NCBI GenBank assembly: GCA_041178085.1
Contig: JBEGVZ010000102.1
Coordinates: forward strand, 1 to 41,895
From: Pseudomonadota bacterium
Lineage (GTDB): Bacteria > Bdellovibrionota_B > Oligoflexia > Oligoflexales > RGVZ01
Length of the DNA: 41,895 bases
Direction: 5' to 3'
The notes beneath the pieces were generated by a model. That model was not told the DNA's origin and did not search any database. It saw only the letters and a program-made list of their open reading frames with translations. Shown one piece after another: positions 8,544 to 17,731 of the stretch. Every line of letters starts with the position of its first letter. The first letter of the stretch is position 1. The translations under genes and the position numbers were made by a program.

Positions 8544-10142
8544 TCAATTCAACCGGTAATGGACCAGGCCTGAGTCGGCAAAGACTTGTTTCTTCCGGGG
8601 CATCGCCCGCAACCATTCACAAAACCGCTGAAAACCATCGTAGTCGTGAAATGGCACACCGCGGGCAGCCCAGTCATCCGTGGCATCCGGTTTTACCTCT
8701 GAGCAGGACCCCAGCTTGTCGATATCAAACATCGTGAGGATATCGGTGGCACGCTTGAAGTCAGCTGGTTCAAGGGGGGCGGGGTTGCCGATGAACCCAA
8801 GGATCACCCGGACATCACGCCATTCGTGTAGGGCAGGCTGAAGGTTGCCATCCACCAACAAGTAAGCATCCGCAGGGAGGCTTTTTTTGACGACAGAAAG
8901 ATCAATTGCAAGTGCCTTCGCGGCCGGCTTGAAAGCCGGAGCCGTGCTGCGGAAAAGAAGCGGCGCCTGAAGGATGACACCGGCGGCAATGGCGGCAACA
9001 CAGAGCAGACGCGTAAGCCGGTGACGCCAACCCTGAAGCACGGCCAGATTCTCAGCAAGAATAACGGCCAGAAAAGGCGCGAACGCCAAAGGATAGAGGG
9101 CAGTCGGCGACTGGATCTGGCTGTAGCGACCCAGGACAACAATCGCCAGACCGGGCAGAATCAAAAGCAGGCTCCAGGTCGGCCGTAGCAGGGCGGCGAA
9201 GAAGCCCGCAGCAAACAATAATTCAAGGATGCGAGCCCAGTTTGCCTGCAGAAGCGCCGTCAATCTGAAATCAAGGTAATTGAGACCGTAATACCCGGTG
9301 TGAGAAGTGTTCGCTGGCATCCATTGAAAAAACAGCCAGGAAAAGAATCCCGCCTGGACCAGAGCCCAGATCAGGGCGACGAGCGCCATGCGCCGCTGCA
9401 CCAGCCAATTCAGGCGCCACGCAAGCACGAGCGCTACCCATGCGTTGATCACCCAGAAAACTTCCTTGCATGCCCCGGCCCATAACTGGGCAAAGATGAA
9501 AATCAAGATTGCCAGGGGCCCGGCCTGGAGCCCACCTGCCCATACTTCCTGTGGTTTGGGTGGCATCAAGATTACGCCCCCAGAACGGCCTGAAAGAGAG
9601 TTCAGGACCATGGCTTGCAACACAAGAGCCGGAATCGCCATCACATCAGGCGCGAAGCCAAAATAGAGCCGGGACGCGCAAGCAGGAAAAAGGCACATGA
9701 ACACCGGACCAAAGGCGTCGACCATCAAACCGGCGGGTGCGTCGATACCTCCGGCGGCGGCACGGCGCAGAGATGCCGACCGGATTCCGATCAAGACAGC
9801 CGCAAGACCCAGAAACAGCCAGGAAACAATAAACAGGACTTCTGTCGACGGCAGCAGGCGATATAGTGGCAGCAAGAGACCCACGACTGGCTGAAAATGG
9901 TGAGCCAGGAAGTTGGCCTCGCCCGTCAGGCTGCTTGGCCAGGTGAACCATTCAGCCAAAGATGGAAAGGTTCCACGAGCTTTAAGCCCAGCAAGGATTT
10001 GCAGGTAAATACCTGTGTCGAAGGCATGAACCAGTTCGCGTGCGGACCTGAGAATCCCAAATCCAAGCAACCCGGCACTGAGAGCGATGTAGAGCACCGC
10101 ACTTCTGCCCGCGGCTTCCGTGACAGACAAGAGACGCTTCAC
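8544..10142 (-). CDS. DUF2079-like polytopic membrane protein (GT-C glycosyltransferase-like)
   Basis: N-terminal FDTGIYLQ...HHFQP signature, ACKE motif, roughly 10 TM segments and a soluble C-terminal domain. Confidence 0.7.
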   Translation of the reverse strand: MKRLLSVTEAAGRSAVLYIALSAGLLGFGILRSARELVHAFDTGIYLQILAGLKARGTFPSLAEWFTWPSSLTGEANFLAHHFQPVVGLLLPLYRLLPSTEVLFIVSWLFLGLAAVLIGIRSASLRRAAAGGIDAPAGLMVDAFGPVFMCLFPACASRLYFGFAPDVMAIPALVLQAMVLNSLSGRSGGVILMPPKPQEVWAGGLQAGPLAILIFIFAQLWAGACKEVFWVINAWVALVLAWRLNWLVQRRMALVALIWALVQAGFFSWLFFQWMPANTSHTGYYGLNYLDFRLTALLQANWARILELLFAAGFFAALLRPTWSLLLILPGLAIVVLGRYSQIQSPTALYPLAFAPFLAVILAENLAVLQGWRHRLTRLLCVAAIAAGVILQAPLLFRSTAPAFKPAAKALAIDLSVVKKSLPADAYLLVDGNLQPALHEWRDVRVILGFIGNPAPLEPADFKRATDILTMFDIDKLGSCSEVKPDATDDWAARGVPFHDYDGFQRFCEWLRAMPRKKQVFADSGLVHYRLN

Positions 10143-10178
10143 AATCTACCCCGGTAAGATGGACGCTTTTGTTATCAG

Positions 10179-10592
10179 TCAGGTGAAAGGAAAGTATTTG
10201 TTGATCAAGTCCTCGACGGCACGGGACCACTTCTTCCAGAAGGGCAGATCCTCGTCGGAAACGCACTCCTTGATCGCGGTGACTTTCCGCGGAAATTTAG
10301 AATCCGTGTCGACATCCATGTCATCGTAGCGAAATTTCTTGCCGTAATGCGACTCGGCAAATTCAAGCAAAGCCTGCAGGTTGCAATTCTCGCGATTGAT
10401 GACCAGGTTGCGTGCGCAGACCGGAATAAAACCAGGATCAACTTTGGAAATCCATTCCTGATCGGGATTAGGCATCAAGAACCATTCACAACGGCCCATG
10501 TGGTTGACGTCGCAGGACGACGCCAGGATGGCAACCACAAAGGCTACAGGGAAGAATGATGCTTTCGTTTTGATGCGTAGGTCAGTTGTCAT
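10179..10592 (-). CDS. Small Cys-rich hypothetical lipoprotein
   Basis: Lipobox LASSC, four further Cys. The start overlaps the motB stop by 11 nt. Confidence 0.7.
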   Translation of the reverse strand: MTTDLRIKTKASFFPVAFVVAILASSCDVNHMGRCEWFLMPNPDQEWISKVDPGFIPVCARNLVINRENCNLQALLEFAESHYGKKFRYDDMDVDTDSKFPRKVTAIKECVSDEDLPFWKKWSRAVEDLINKYFPFT

Positions 10593-11376
10593 AGTTGATC
10601 CGGATTTCGATGCGACGGTTCAGGGAACGCCCACCAGGCGAGCGATTGTCAGCAATGGGGCGCGTATCGGCATAACCTGCCGCCTGGATCCTGGTCGGTG
10701 AGAAGTTTTCCTTTTCAATCAAGTAGCGAAGGACTGCTGTTGCCCGGAGGGTCGAGAGCTCCCAGTTGGTCATGTCGCCCTTCATCGAAGAATTGTCGGT
10801 ATGCCCTTCAATTGTGATGTTGCGACCAAGTTCCTTCAGGATTTTCCCGACCGCTTCAAGCTCCTTGACTGCGGTGCGACGAAGCTTGTACTCCCCTGGC
10901 TCGTAGAAATGAGATGCGAGGAGGCGCAGCCTGACCCCGTCGGGAGAGCGATGGACGGAAACCACGCGTTCCGCACCCTCCTTGCCGGCCTGCACGTTCT
11001 TCTCCGGGCCGTAAAGGCGGTCTTCGAGCTGGGCGTTGATCCGCTTCATCTCGGAGTCCATGACCTTGATGTTCTCTGTCTCGCCCGGATACTTTTTGAT
11101 AAGAGGAGGGCGCGCCTGGTTACCCTTGAAGTTGTCGAAGATGCCGATTCCGGCCTCCTGCGGACCGACCCGGCGCTCGATCGGAACTTCTTCAAGGACC
11201 GTGTTGAATTCCTCGTTGATTGCACTGGCAGCCTGCTCGATGGTGGCTCCAGCTCCCTCTTTTTTCAGTGCGAAAAGCACCACGAACACGGCAAAGAGCA
11301 GCGTCATCATGTCGGCAAAACTGACCAGCCAGCGCTCGTGGTTTTCGAACTCTGGGCATCTACCCTTTTTTGACAC
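10582..11376 (-). CDS. motB: Flagellar-type stator protein MotB
   Basis: WLVSFADMMTLLFAVFVVLFA TM with the conserved Asp. OmpA-like domain with EGHTD, NWELSTLRA, GYAD..P and NRRIEI. Confidence 0.93.
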   Translation of the reverse strand: MSKKGRCPEFENHERWLVSFADMMTLLFAVFVVLFALKKEGAGATIEQAASAINEEFNTVLEEVPIERRVGPQEAGIGIFDNFKGNQARPPLIKKYPGETENIKVMDSEMKRINAQLEDRLYGPEKNVQAGKEGAERVVSVHRSPDGVRLRLLASHFYEPGEYKLRRTAVKELEAVGKILKELGRNITIEGHTDNSSMKGDMTNWELSTLRATAVLRYLIEKENFSPTRIQAAGYADTRPIADNRSPGGRSLNRRIEIRINYDN

Positions 11377-11379
11377 CGG

Positions 11380-12153
11380 TCATTCCTCGTGATGGTCGCC
11401 GCCATGGCTTGTATAGACTTTTAATCGTTCCTCGATAATCTTCGGGTTTTGTCCCGATAATATTCCGTCAATGCCGATCACCACCATGGCCTTCATATGG
11501 TTTTCAAGCATGGCCTTGCGTTTGATGCGCTTGCCTGAAGGAATGCCGAGGATGTTGGCAACGCCTACCCCGTATAGCGTAGCAACGAAAGCCACGGCGA
11601 TACCGGGGCCGATTTTTTCCGGCTGGTCGAGAACGGTCATAACTTTCATCAGACCGATCACGGCACCAAGAATACCGATAGTGGGTGAAATAGCTCCGAA
11701 GTCTTCCCAGAACTTCACGAAAACCTCAGTCTCTTCGAACTGTACGAAGGCCTCATTCTCCAGTGTATCGCGGATGACGTTGGGATCTGTTCCGTCGACT
11801 GCGAGTTTGACTGCTGCCTTCAGCGGTGCATAGGAAAGACCTTCTCGTTTTTTCTCGAGGGCAAGGATGGACTCCTTGCGGGCTGTTTGCGCCAGGTCGA
11901 TGATTTCAGTGGCAATTTGCTGAGGATTGGCTGGTGAGTTTTTCAGCAGAATATTCGGAACAGCCTTAAAAGCGTTGATGAAATCAGGAAGTGGATAGGC
12001 AACCATCAAGGCGCCAAGCGTTCCACCGATCACGATCAAGAATGAAGGCAGACTAATGAACTGTGGAATCAGGTTGGCCGCGCCTTTTGCAACGACACCC
12101 GCAAGGATCATGCCTAGGGATAACAACGGGCCAATAATGTATCCAATATCCAT
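11380..12153 (-). CDS. motA: Flagellar-type stator protein MotA
   Basis: SFLIVIGGT, ARKESILALE, LAVDG, PTIGILGAVIGL, AVAFVATLYG and G.NP..IEERL motifs. Start moved to MDIGY (ATG 12153). Confidence 0.93.
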   Translation of the reverse strand: MDIGYIIGPLLSLGMILAGVVAKGAANLIPQFISLPSFLIVIGGTLGALMVAYPLPDFINAFKAVPNILLKNSPANPQQIATEIIDLAQTARKESILALEKKREGLSYAPLKAAVKLAVDGTDPNVIRDTLENEAFVQFEETEVFVKFWEDFGAISPTIGILGAVIGLMKVMTVLDQPEKIGPGIAVAFVATLYGVGVANILGIPSGKRIKRKAMLENHMKAMVVIGIDGILSGQNPKIIEERLKVYTSHGGDHHEE

Positions 12154-12255
12154 GGCGCAACTCTCAGTTCGGGGTGGACTCCTCTGATTATACGGCAACA
12201 TCAGAGAGTTACCTAACAAGGGCCTGACGTTGTAACGCCCCCTATGCGGCCAACC

Positions 12256-15200
12256 CTACATGTAGTTTCGGGCCTTCTGGAACGCCGGCGAGTTGGTGTC
12301 CGGAGCCTCACTCTGGGCGAGCGGAATTACCTCGCCGCGAGGGGGAACCGGCTCATGCACGCGCTGCACAAGAACCGAATATCCCTGCTTTTCTCCCTGT
12401 ATTTTTCCAGAAACACAAAGGAACGCCTGATGGTCGACAAGGCGCGCAAACTGGCTGTATGCCTGCGGCGTGAATACCAGATTGATATAACCGTGCTCAT
12501 CCTCAAGAGTGAAAAAAACCATCCCTTTTGCCGACGGCGGAGCTTGCCTGACCAGCACCATGCCGAAAACTTGAACAGTCGAGTTGAGGCGGCAGGCAGC
12601 GAGTTCTTTTGAACCACAAAGTTTTGCCACTGGCACATCAAAGCACCAGTAATCGTCGCGCAGAATCTTGGCCGGGTGTTCGCCCAACGCAACTCCGGTT
12701 GCATGCAAATCTTGTTGCACCGACTCCATCGCCGATTCGGCGGCAAAAGTGTGCGGCTCTTCAACGTCACCCATCAAGCCGATGTGGGGCGCTGCTTCTG
12801 CCATCCAGAAAGCATCCTTGCGTGTCAAACCAAGTGTCGCAAACGCGCCAGCAGCAGCCAGGCTAGCCAGGTCGCTTCGATAGATGCCAGCATCTGGTGC
12901 ACCGCGAAAGAAGTCACTTGCTGATCCCCATCCCGCTGGCGGACGGACGCCCGCAAGCGCGCGTGCTGCACCTTCACGCAAGCCACGGACAAGACGCATG
13001 CCCAGACGGATCGCGTAAGCCGGTGGACGCCCACTAGCGGGGTCAGCCGGTTTGACCACTTCCAACTGATGGTCCCAGGCCGACTTCTGGACACAGACAG
13101 GAAGCACCGCAACGCCACAGCGCCGCGCCGCCTGCACCAGGGCCATGGGACTGTAAAAACCCATGGGCTGTGAATTGAGCACAGACTGGAAAAAAGCTGC
13201 CGGGTAGTGGCACTTCAACCAGGAGGATACGTAAGCGATGATGGCAAAGGATGCTGCATGGGACTCAGGAAATCCGTATTCAGCAAAACCTCGCATCTGG
13301 GCCAGGATCACTCCGACGAATTTTTCGCTGATCCCGTTCTTCCGCATTCCGTTGGCCAGTCGTGTGAGCCACGGCCCGATATCACCCTTGATGGTCCATG
13401 CACCCATGTGCCGGCGCAGCTCGTTGGCCTCGCCTGGCGTGAAGTCACCAACGGCAATCGCAATGCGCATCACCTGCTCCTGGAAAATGGGAATGCCAAG
13501 AGTCCGCGCCAGGATAGGACGTAGCCGCTCGTCTGGAAACACCACTGGTTCCTCGCCACTTCGGCGGCGCAGATACGGTTGGATCATCCCGCCCTGGATT
13601 GGTCCCGGACGTATGATGGCCACCTCAACAACAAGATCGTAAAAAGTTCGTGGGCGCAAGCGCGGCAGCATGGACATCTGGGCGCGCGATTCAATCTGGA
13701 AGGTGCCGACTGTGTCGGCGCGCTGGATCATCGCATAGGTAGCCGGATCTTCCTGCGGTACCGTGTCGAGGGTCAATTTGTGTCCGTAATGGGATGTGAT
13801 TGAATCAAAACACTTGCGCACTGCTGTCAGCATGCCAAGGGCAAGGATGTCGATTTTGAAGAACCCGAGTGCCTCGATGTCATCCTTGCACCACTGGACG
13901 ACAGAACGCCCAGGCATCGTTGCCGGCTCCTGGGGCACGATTTCATCAAGGGGGTCATTGCTGAGCATGAAACCACCGGAGTGAATGCCAAGATGGCGCG
14001 GGAAACCTTTTATCCGCGCACTCATCTCTGACCAGACAGGATGGTCCTTCATCGACTCCCGCGCATCCTCAAGCAGCTCATCAGGCATGCCAAGCGCCTT
14101 GCCGGTTGCCCGCGCTGCACCACGGCTGCGGAATGTGATGATGTTGGCGACCATGGCGGCACGTCCGCGACCGTATCGCGAGTAGATGTACTGGATGACT
14201 TCCTCGCGACGCTCGTGCTCAAAGTCGACGTCAATGTCCGGCGGATCCCCCCTTTCAACACTGATGAAGCGTTCAAAAAGCAGATCATAAAGGGATGGAT
14301 CGACCGCGGTGATCCCCAGAACAAAACAGACCGCGGAGTTGGCGGCAGACCCCCGTCCCTGGCAAAGGATGCTGCGTTCCCTGGCCCAGCGCACGATGTC
14401 CCAGACCGTCAGAAAATAATCGGCGAACTTCAATTCATCGATCAGGCGCAATTCATGCGCGAGCACGTCCGCCATGCGCGAAGACAAAGGACTGCCATAG
14501 CGCGCCTTGGCAGCCTGCCAGGTGATATGCTCCAGGAAGCTCTGCGCCGTGTGTCCTTCAGGGATCATCTCTTCTGGATAACGATAACGCAGTTCATCCA
14601 TCGTGAAGTCACATTCGCTGGCAAGCCGTGCAGATGCCTCGATGGCAGATTGAAAGAAAGGCAACTCCCCAAAACGTGACGCAAGGTTGCCCAGATCATG
14701 AAGGCTGCGCTCACCATTGACGAACATGTGCTCAATACAATCATCGAGGCGCGCATTGGTGCGGATCGCATGCAGCAGGTCGCTGACCGGCTTCTGGCTG
14801 GAGTGGTGGAAAAACGCATCCTGCGTCAGCAAAATAGGAACATCAAACCGTCGTGCGGCCTGCGTCACTGACTTGATCCATGCATCCTCGCCTGGATGAA
14901 AGTGCCGGCTCACGGTCAGGTAAAGGTTCTTGCCGAAACATTCCTTGAGGTGGGCAATGCGTGCTTCGTAAGCTTGATCCTGCCCACTTCGAACCAAGCC
15001 ACGCATCGGGACAATCGCAGCAAGATCCTGGGTCGCATTCGCAGCACCAAGCGATTCGACCGGCACCCAGGCATTCTGCTTTCCGTCTGCATGACAGCGG
15101 GTAAGGATGCGACACAGGTTTGCATACCCACGACGCGTTCTGGCAATCAGGGCCACTGTATCCTGCAATACAACCGGCAATTCATGATCCCGGCCAAGAT

Positions 15201-15465
15201 GGATCTCCGCCCCGTGAAAAAGCCGCATATCGCTGCCCAGCTTCTTCCAGCTGCGATGGCTTCTTGCCAGACCATAAGCACCATCAAAGTCTGTGATCGC
15301 GATGCCGCGATAGTTCAGCGCATTTGCACGCTCAAGCATTTCATGGGGATGGGATGCCCCGACAAGAAAGCTGAAATTAGTGTGTGCCAGCCACTCATTC
15401 CAGCCAAGTGCGTTTAAAATCGCATTGGCTTCCTTGCTTTTATTATTTCTTGCAACAGAGCTCAT
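12256..15465 (-). CDS. dnaE2: Error-prone DNA polymerase DnaE2 (ImuC)
   Basis: PHP start HTNFSFLVGASHP, GRGSAANS, PPDIDVDFEH, KIDILALGML, FPESHAASF and an OB fold (KGMVFFTLEDE). Ends in KARNYM, similar to the DnaE2-specific SRDF(H/R) tail. Located in the lexA-imuAB cassette. Confidence 0.95.
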   Translation of the reverse strand: MSSVARNNKSKEANAILNALGWNEWLAHTNFSFLVGASHPHEMLERANALNYRGIAITDFDGAYGLARSHRSWKKLGSDMRLFHGAEIHLGRDHELPVVLQDTVALIARTRRGYANLCRILTRCHADGKQNAWVPVESLGAANATQDLAAIVPMRGLVRSGQDQAYEARIAHLKECFGKNLYLTVSRHFHPGEDAWIKSVTQAARRFDVPILLTQDAFFHHSSQKPVSDLLHAIRTNARLDDCIEHMFVNGERSLHDLGNLASRFGELPFFQSAIEASARLASECDFTMDELRYRYPEEMIPEGHTAQSFLEHITWQAAKARYGSPLSSRMADVLAHELRLIDELKFADYFLTVWDIVRWARERSILCQGRGSAANSAVCFVLGITAVDPSLYDLLFERFISVERGDPPDIDVDFEHERREEVIQYIYSRYGRGRAAMVANIITFRSRGAARATGKALGMPDELLEDARESMKDHPVWSEMSARIKGFPRHLGIHSGGFMLSNDPLDEIVPQEPATMPGRSVVQWCKDDIEALGFFKIDILALGMLTAVRKCFDSITSHYGHKLTLDTVPQEDPATYAMIQRADTVGTFQIESRAQMSMLPRLRPRTFYDLVVEVAIIRPGPIQGGMIQPYLRRRSGEEPVVFPDERLRPILARTLGIPIFQEQVMRIAIAVGDFTPGEANELRRHMGAWTIKGDIGPWLTRLANGMRKNGISEKFVGVILAQMRGFAEYGFPESHAASFAIIAYVSSWLKCHYPAAFFQSVLNSQPMGFYSPMALVQAARRCGVAVLPVCVQKSAWDHQLEVVKPADPASGRPPAYAIRLGMRLVRGLREGAARALAGVRPPAGWGSASDFFRGAPDAGIYRSDLASLAAAGAFATLGLTRKDAFWMAEAAPHIGLMGDVEEPHTFAAESAMESVQQDLHATGVALGEHPAKILRDDYWCFDVPVAKLCGSKELAACRLNSTVQVFGMVLVRQAPPSAKGMVFFTLEDEHGYINLVFTPQAYSQFARLVDHQAFLCVSGKIQGEKQGYSVLVQRVHEPVPPRGEVIPLAQSEAPDTNSPAFQKARNYM

Positions 15466-15485
15466 AGTGTTCTAATAAGTGGGTT

Positions 15486-16088
15486 ATGAAAAACACCAAC
15501 CGAAAACAAATCCGTCCGTTTTTATTGGCTTTTTTTGCGCCGATCCTTGTCCAATCCGTCATCTCGTGCGGCCGTCGCCCCGTGCCGGACGACAAGGAAC
15601 CTGTTGATTTGACAAGCTCACCGATTGGTCGCGGCTTTATGCCAGAATTGCCGCAAATGCCGCCGCCCCAGTTGACTCCTCCTGAGCTGCCGGGCATGCC
15701 CGCGGTACCTCCAGCTTTCAACTCGCCCGAGGTGCCAAACCCTCAGGGTGTTGCATTGACAGACTTGCAGATCGACATGATCAAATACGTCAACCGCACA
15801 CGTATGGCTCGCGACTTGAAGCCACTGGTCGTCGACCCCGACATGACCAAAGATGCCAGCGCATGGGCGACGCACTTTGCGAATCTTCGTTCGCGTAACC
15901 GCCTGGCTGAGGTTCCTTATTCGCAAAACGTCTGCGCTCCGGCTATCAACCCTGGTGACGCCGTGGCCAAGTGGCTGAACAACCCCGATTCCCAGACAGC
16001 CCGGAACATCATGAACCCGAACTTCACTAAAGTTGGTGCTGGCATGGGGTTCACGGATACCGGCTACGGGTACATGTTCTTCCAATAA
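15486..16088 (+). CDS. CAP (SCP/Tpx-1/PR-1) domain lipoprotein with Pro-rich linker
   Basis: Lipobox VISC, PELP repeats, and CAP motifs VNRTR...LKPL, A..WA, QNV, AVAKWLN and RNIMNPNFTKVGAG. Confidence 0.85.
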   Translation: MKNTNRKQIRPFLLAFFAPILVQSVISCGRRPVPDDKEPVDLTSSPIGRGFMPELPQMPPPQLTPPELPGMPAVPPAFNSPEVPNPQGVALTDLQIDMIKYVNRTRMARDLKPLVVDPDMTKDASAWATHFANLRSRNRLAEVPYSQNVCAPAINPGDAVAKWLNNPDSQTARNIMNPNFTKVGAGMGFTDTGYGYMFFQ

Positions 16089-16104
16089 CAATCCCTGCGC
16101 TGGA

Positions 16105-17676
16105 TCAGTTGTACATGCCATGCACGTACCACTTCCCAGCGCCGTCCTTGAACACCCACATCGACCTCTGTTGATCGTCCTGCAACCGGTAGTAATCCCG
16201 TTGGATGGCCTTGCCACCGGCCGACCACCACTTCTCCATGACCCGTTCGCAAAACTCCCAGACGCTCGACCGGTTTGGCGGTTGTGACCAGGGACGTGGA
16301 CGTGAATACAAAAACATCGGACGGCCTTTGCTGATCTCCCGTCCCGACCTGCCATGCACGTTGATCTCTGATTCGCTGTCCGCGTAACTGCGGGCAGAGA
16401 TCCCGGTCTGATACCCCTCGCCGGGTACCCAGCTGCTATTAACTTCATACGCCTGCAACGGCACCGGCAGCCGGTTTTCCATGTGCTGTAGTTTTTCCTG
16501 CAGATGTCTGCGCCAGTCTCCTGAACTGGATTCGACACATGCACCAAAAAGATCTCGTATCACAGGCGACCAGTGGATCTTTTCTGTGACGACCAGTTCC
16601 CAGGAACCAATGGCCTTTTCATAAACTCCAAGGTCAACAGCATCCGATGTGGCTGCTGGAACTGCATCACGATAGGCATAGCAAGCCTGGAGCAGCGCGG
16701 TCCGGTGATGCGGGGACTCGGCCGGCAGATCATGTGGGTGGCGAAAACGGACGGGGATCGAAAGGCTGGACAAATCGAGGAAGACCACACGCCACTCCAG
16801 GCTCAAAACACGTTCACCGCCTTGCTTTGACAACAAGGCGCACAAACGATCCACGTCTTCCCGGAGCAGGGCTTCGATCGACTCCCACTCCATCAGGGGT
16901 GCGTCAAGGTGGCGACGCACACCAATCCATGCCTCCTGCTGCCATGACTGCCATGGGAACAATGGAGACTCCGTTTCCTCGATCAATCCTGTAGTCAATC
17001 CTGTAGTCATTCCTGTAGTCATTCCTGTAGTCATTCCTGTAGTCATTCCGGCGATCAATCCGGTTTCGGTTTTTGGTGCGGCTGTGGTCAACAGCCAGAG
17101 GTCATGCAACGCAGCACCGTAACGACGGCGGATCGCCATGGCGTTCATTGCACCAAGGTCCATCGGCCTGCGCACACCAAGACGTTCCATCGCCTGATGC
17201 ATCTGCCGCATCTGACGGCGAAACACCTGAAGATTGAAACGCTCACGCCCGGCAGCAAACCACAACTCACCCACTTGCTCCGCATGATCAAACCAGGCCT
17301 GCCATGAGCATTCGAGAGGCAAGGTCTGGCCAAGGGCATTGTGACTGGAAACAAAGCCACACAGTCCGCGTTCACGCATCACACCGAGACCGAGCAATGC
17401 GCGCCACGGGTTGGCATCGAGGAAGGCGACTCCGTCTCCGCCTTCACCCACAGGCAACAGCTGACGCAGAAAATTGTGGAAGTGACCGCTGCGCACATGC
17501 TGCCAGCCAGCCTGCCCCACCAGGCCCGCCTGTTGCATCCAGTAGGGCAACACCGGCTGCAGGTCGATGATCCACGTAGTGGCATCGCCTTCCCGTCCAT
17601 CACCCCAGCTCATGAAGCGGGGTGACAGCGTTTCCGGGTTGAATGCGCTGCTTGTCTGGATCGCAAGGTAAAACAT
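16105..17676 (-). CDS. imuB: Divergent ImuB-like (inactive Y-family polymerase-like) mutasome protein
   Basis: HhH-like MERLGVRRPMDL..IRRRYG and ImuB C-terminal signature RP..L..P, ER...WW, RDYYRL, WVFKD, WYVHG. Lies between imuA and dnaE2. ATG 17676 has a GGAGG RBS. Confidence 0.8.
   Translation of the reverse strand: MFYLAIQTSSAFNPETLSPRFMSWGDGREGDATTWIIDLQPVLPYWMQQAGLVGQAGWQHVRSGHFHNFLRQLLPVGEGGDGVAFLDANPWRALLGLGVMRERGLCGFVSSHNALGQTLPLECSWQAWFDHAEQVGELWFAAGRERFNLQVFRRQMRQMHQAMERLGVRRPMDLGAMNAMAIRRRYGAALHDLWLLTTAAPKTETGLIAGMTTGMTTGMTTGMTTGLTTGLIEETESPLFPWQSWQQEAWIGVRRHLDAPLMEWESIEALLREDVDRLCALLSKQGGERVLSLEWRVVFLDLSSLSIPVRFRHPHDLPAESPHHRTALLQACYAYRDAVPAATSDAVDLGVYEKAIGSWELVVTEKIHWSPVIRDLFGACVESSSGDWRRHLQEKLQHMENRLPVPLQAYEVNSSWVPGEGYQTGISARSYADSESEINVHGRSGREISKGRPMFLYSRPRPWSQPPNRSSVWEFCERVMEKWWSAGGKAIQRDYYRLQDDQQRSMWVFKDGAGKWYVHGMYN
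16984..17049. repeat. In-frame 12-bp tandem repeat, (CAWTCCTGTAGT)x5 plus a partial copy, encoding (M/L)TTG repeats in ImuB
   Basis: Direct reading: caatcctgtagt x2, cattcctgtagt x3, cattcc. Protein reads GMTTGMTTGMTTGMTTGLTTGL. Confidence 0.97.
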
Positions 17677-17690
17677 GCAACCTCCCAATC

Positions 17691-17731
17691 ACCATAATTT
17701 TGTATGGTATCAGGAAGTCCTGGGATGTCAA
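17691..17731 (-). promoter_or_regulatory. Internal sigma70 promoter of imuB (TTGACA-N16-TACCAT) overlapped by the palindromic operator ACCATA-N6-TATGGT
   Basis: TTGACA at 17731-17726, TACCAT at 17709-17704, and palindrome ACCATA ATTTTG TATGGT at 17691-17708, just upstream of the imuB RBS. Confidence 0.7.

Noticed and set aside
10582..12153. motAB as Zorya ZorAB or ExbBD/TolQR (AglRQS) motor
   Set aside because: MotA is normal length with no long ZorA tail, MotB has the flagellar W..SFAD motif plus an OmpA domain, and no zorC/D/E genes are nearby.
15466..16104. CAP gene as a mobile insertion with target-site duplication
   Set aside because: Only a loose TGTTCT...AATAA similarity at the two ends. 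There is no clean direct repeat, terminal inverted repeat or transposase.
15618..16547. 309-aa minus-strand ORF bridging imuB and the CAP gene (also 15443..15721)
   Set aside because: It is a shadow of imuB (alternate frame) and antisense to a clear CAP lipoprotein, with Arg/Cys/Gly-rich composition and no motifs.
16984..17049. CRISPR array or phase-variable frameshift tract
   Set aside because: The 12-bp units are contiguous with no spacers, no cas genes are present, and the unit length is a multiple of three.
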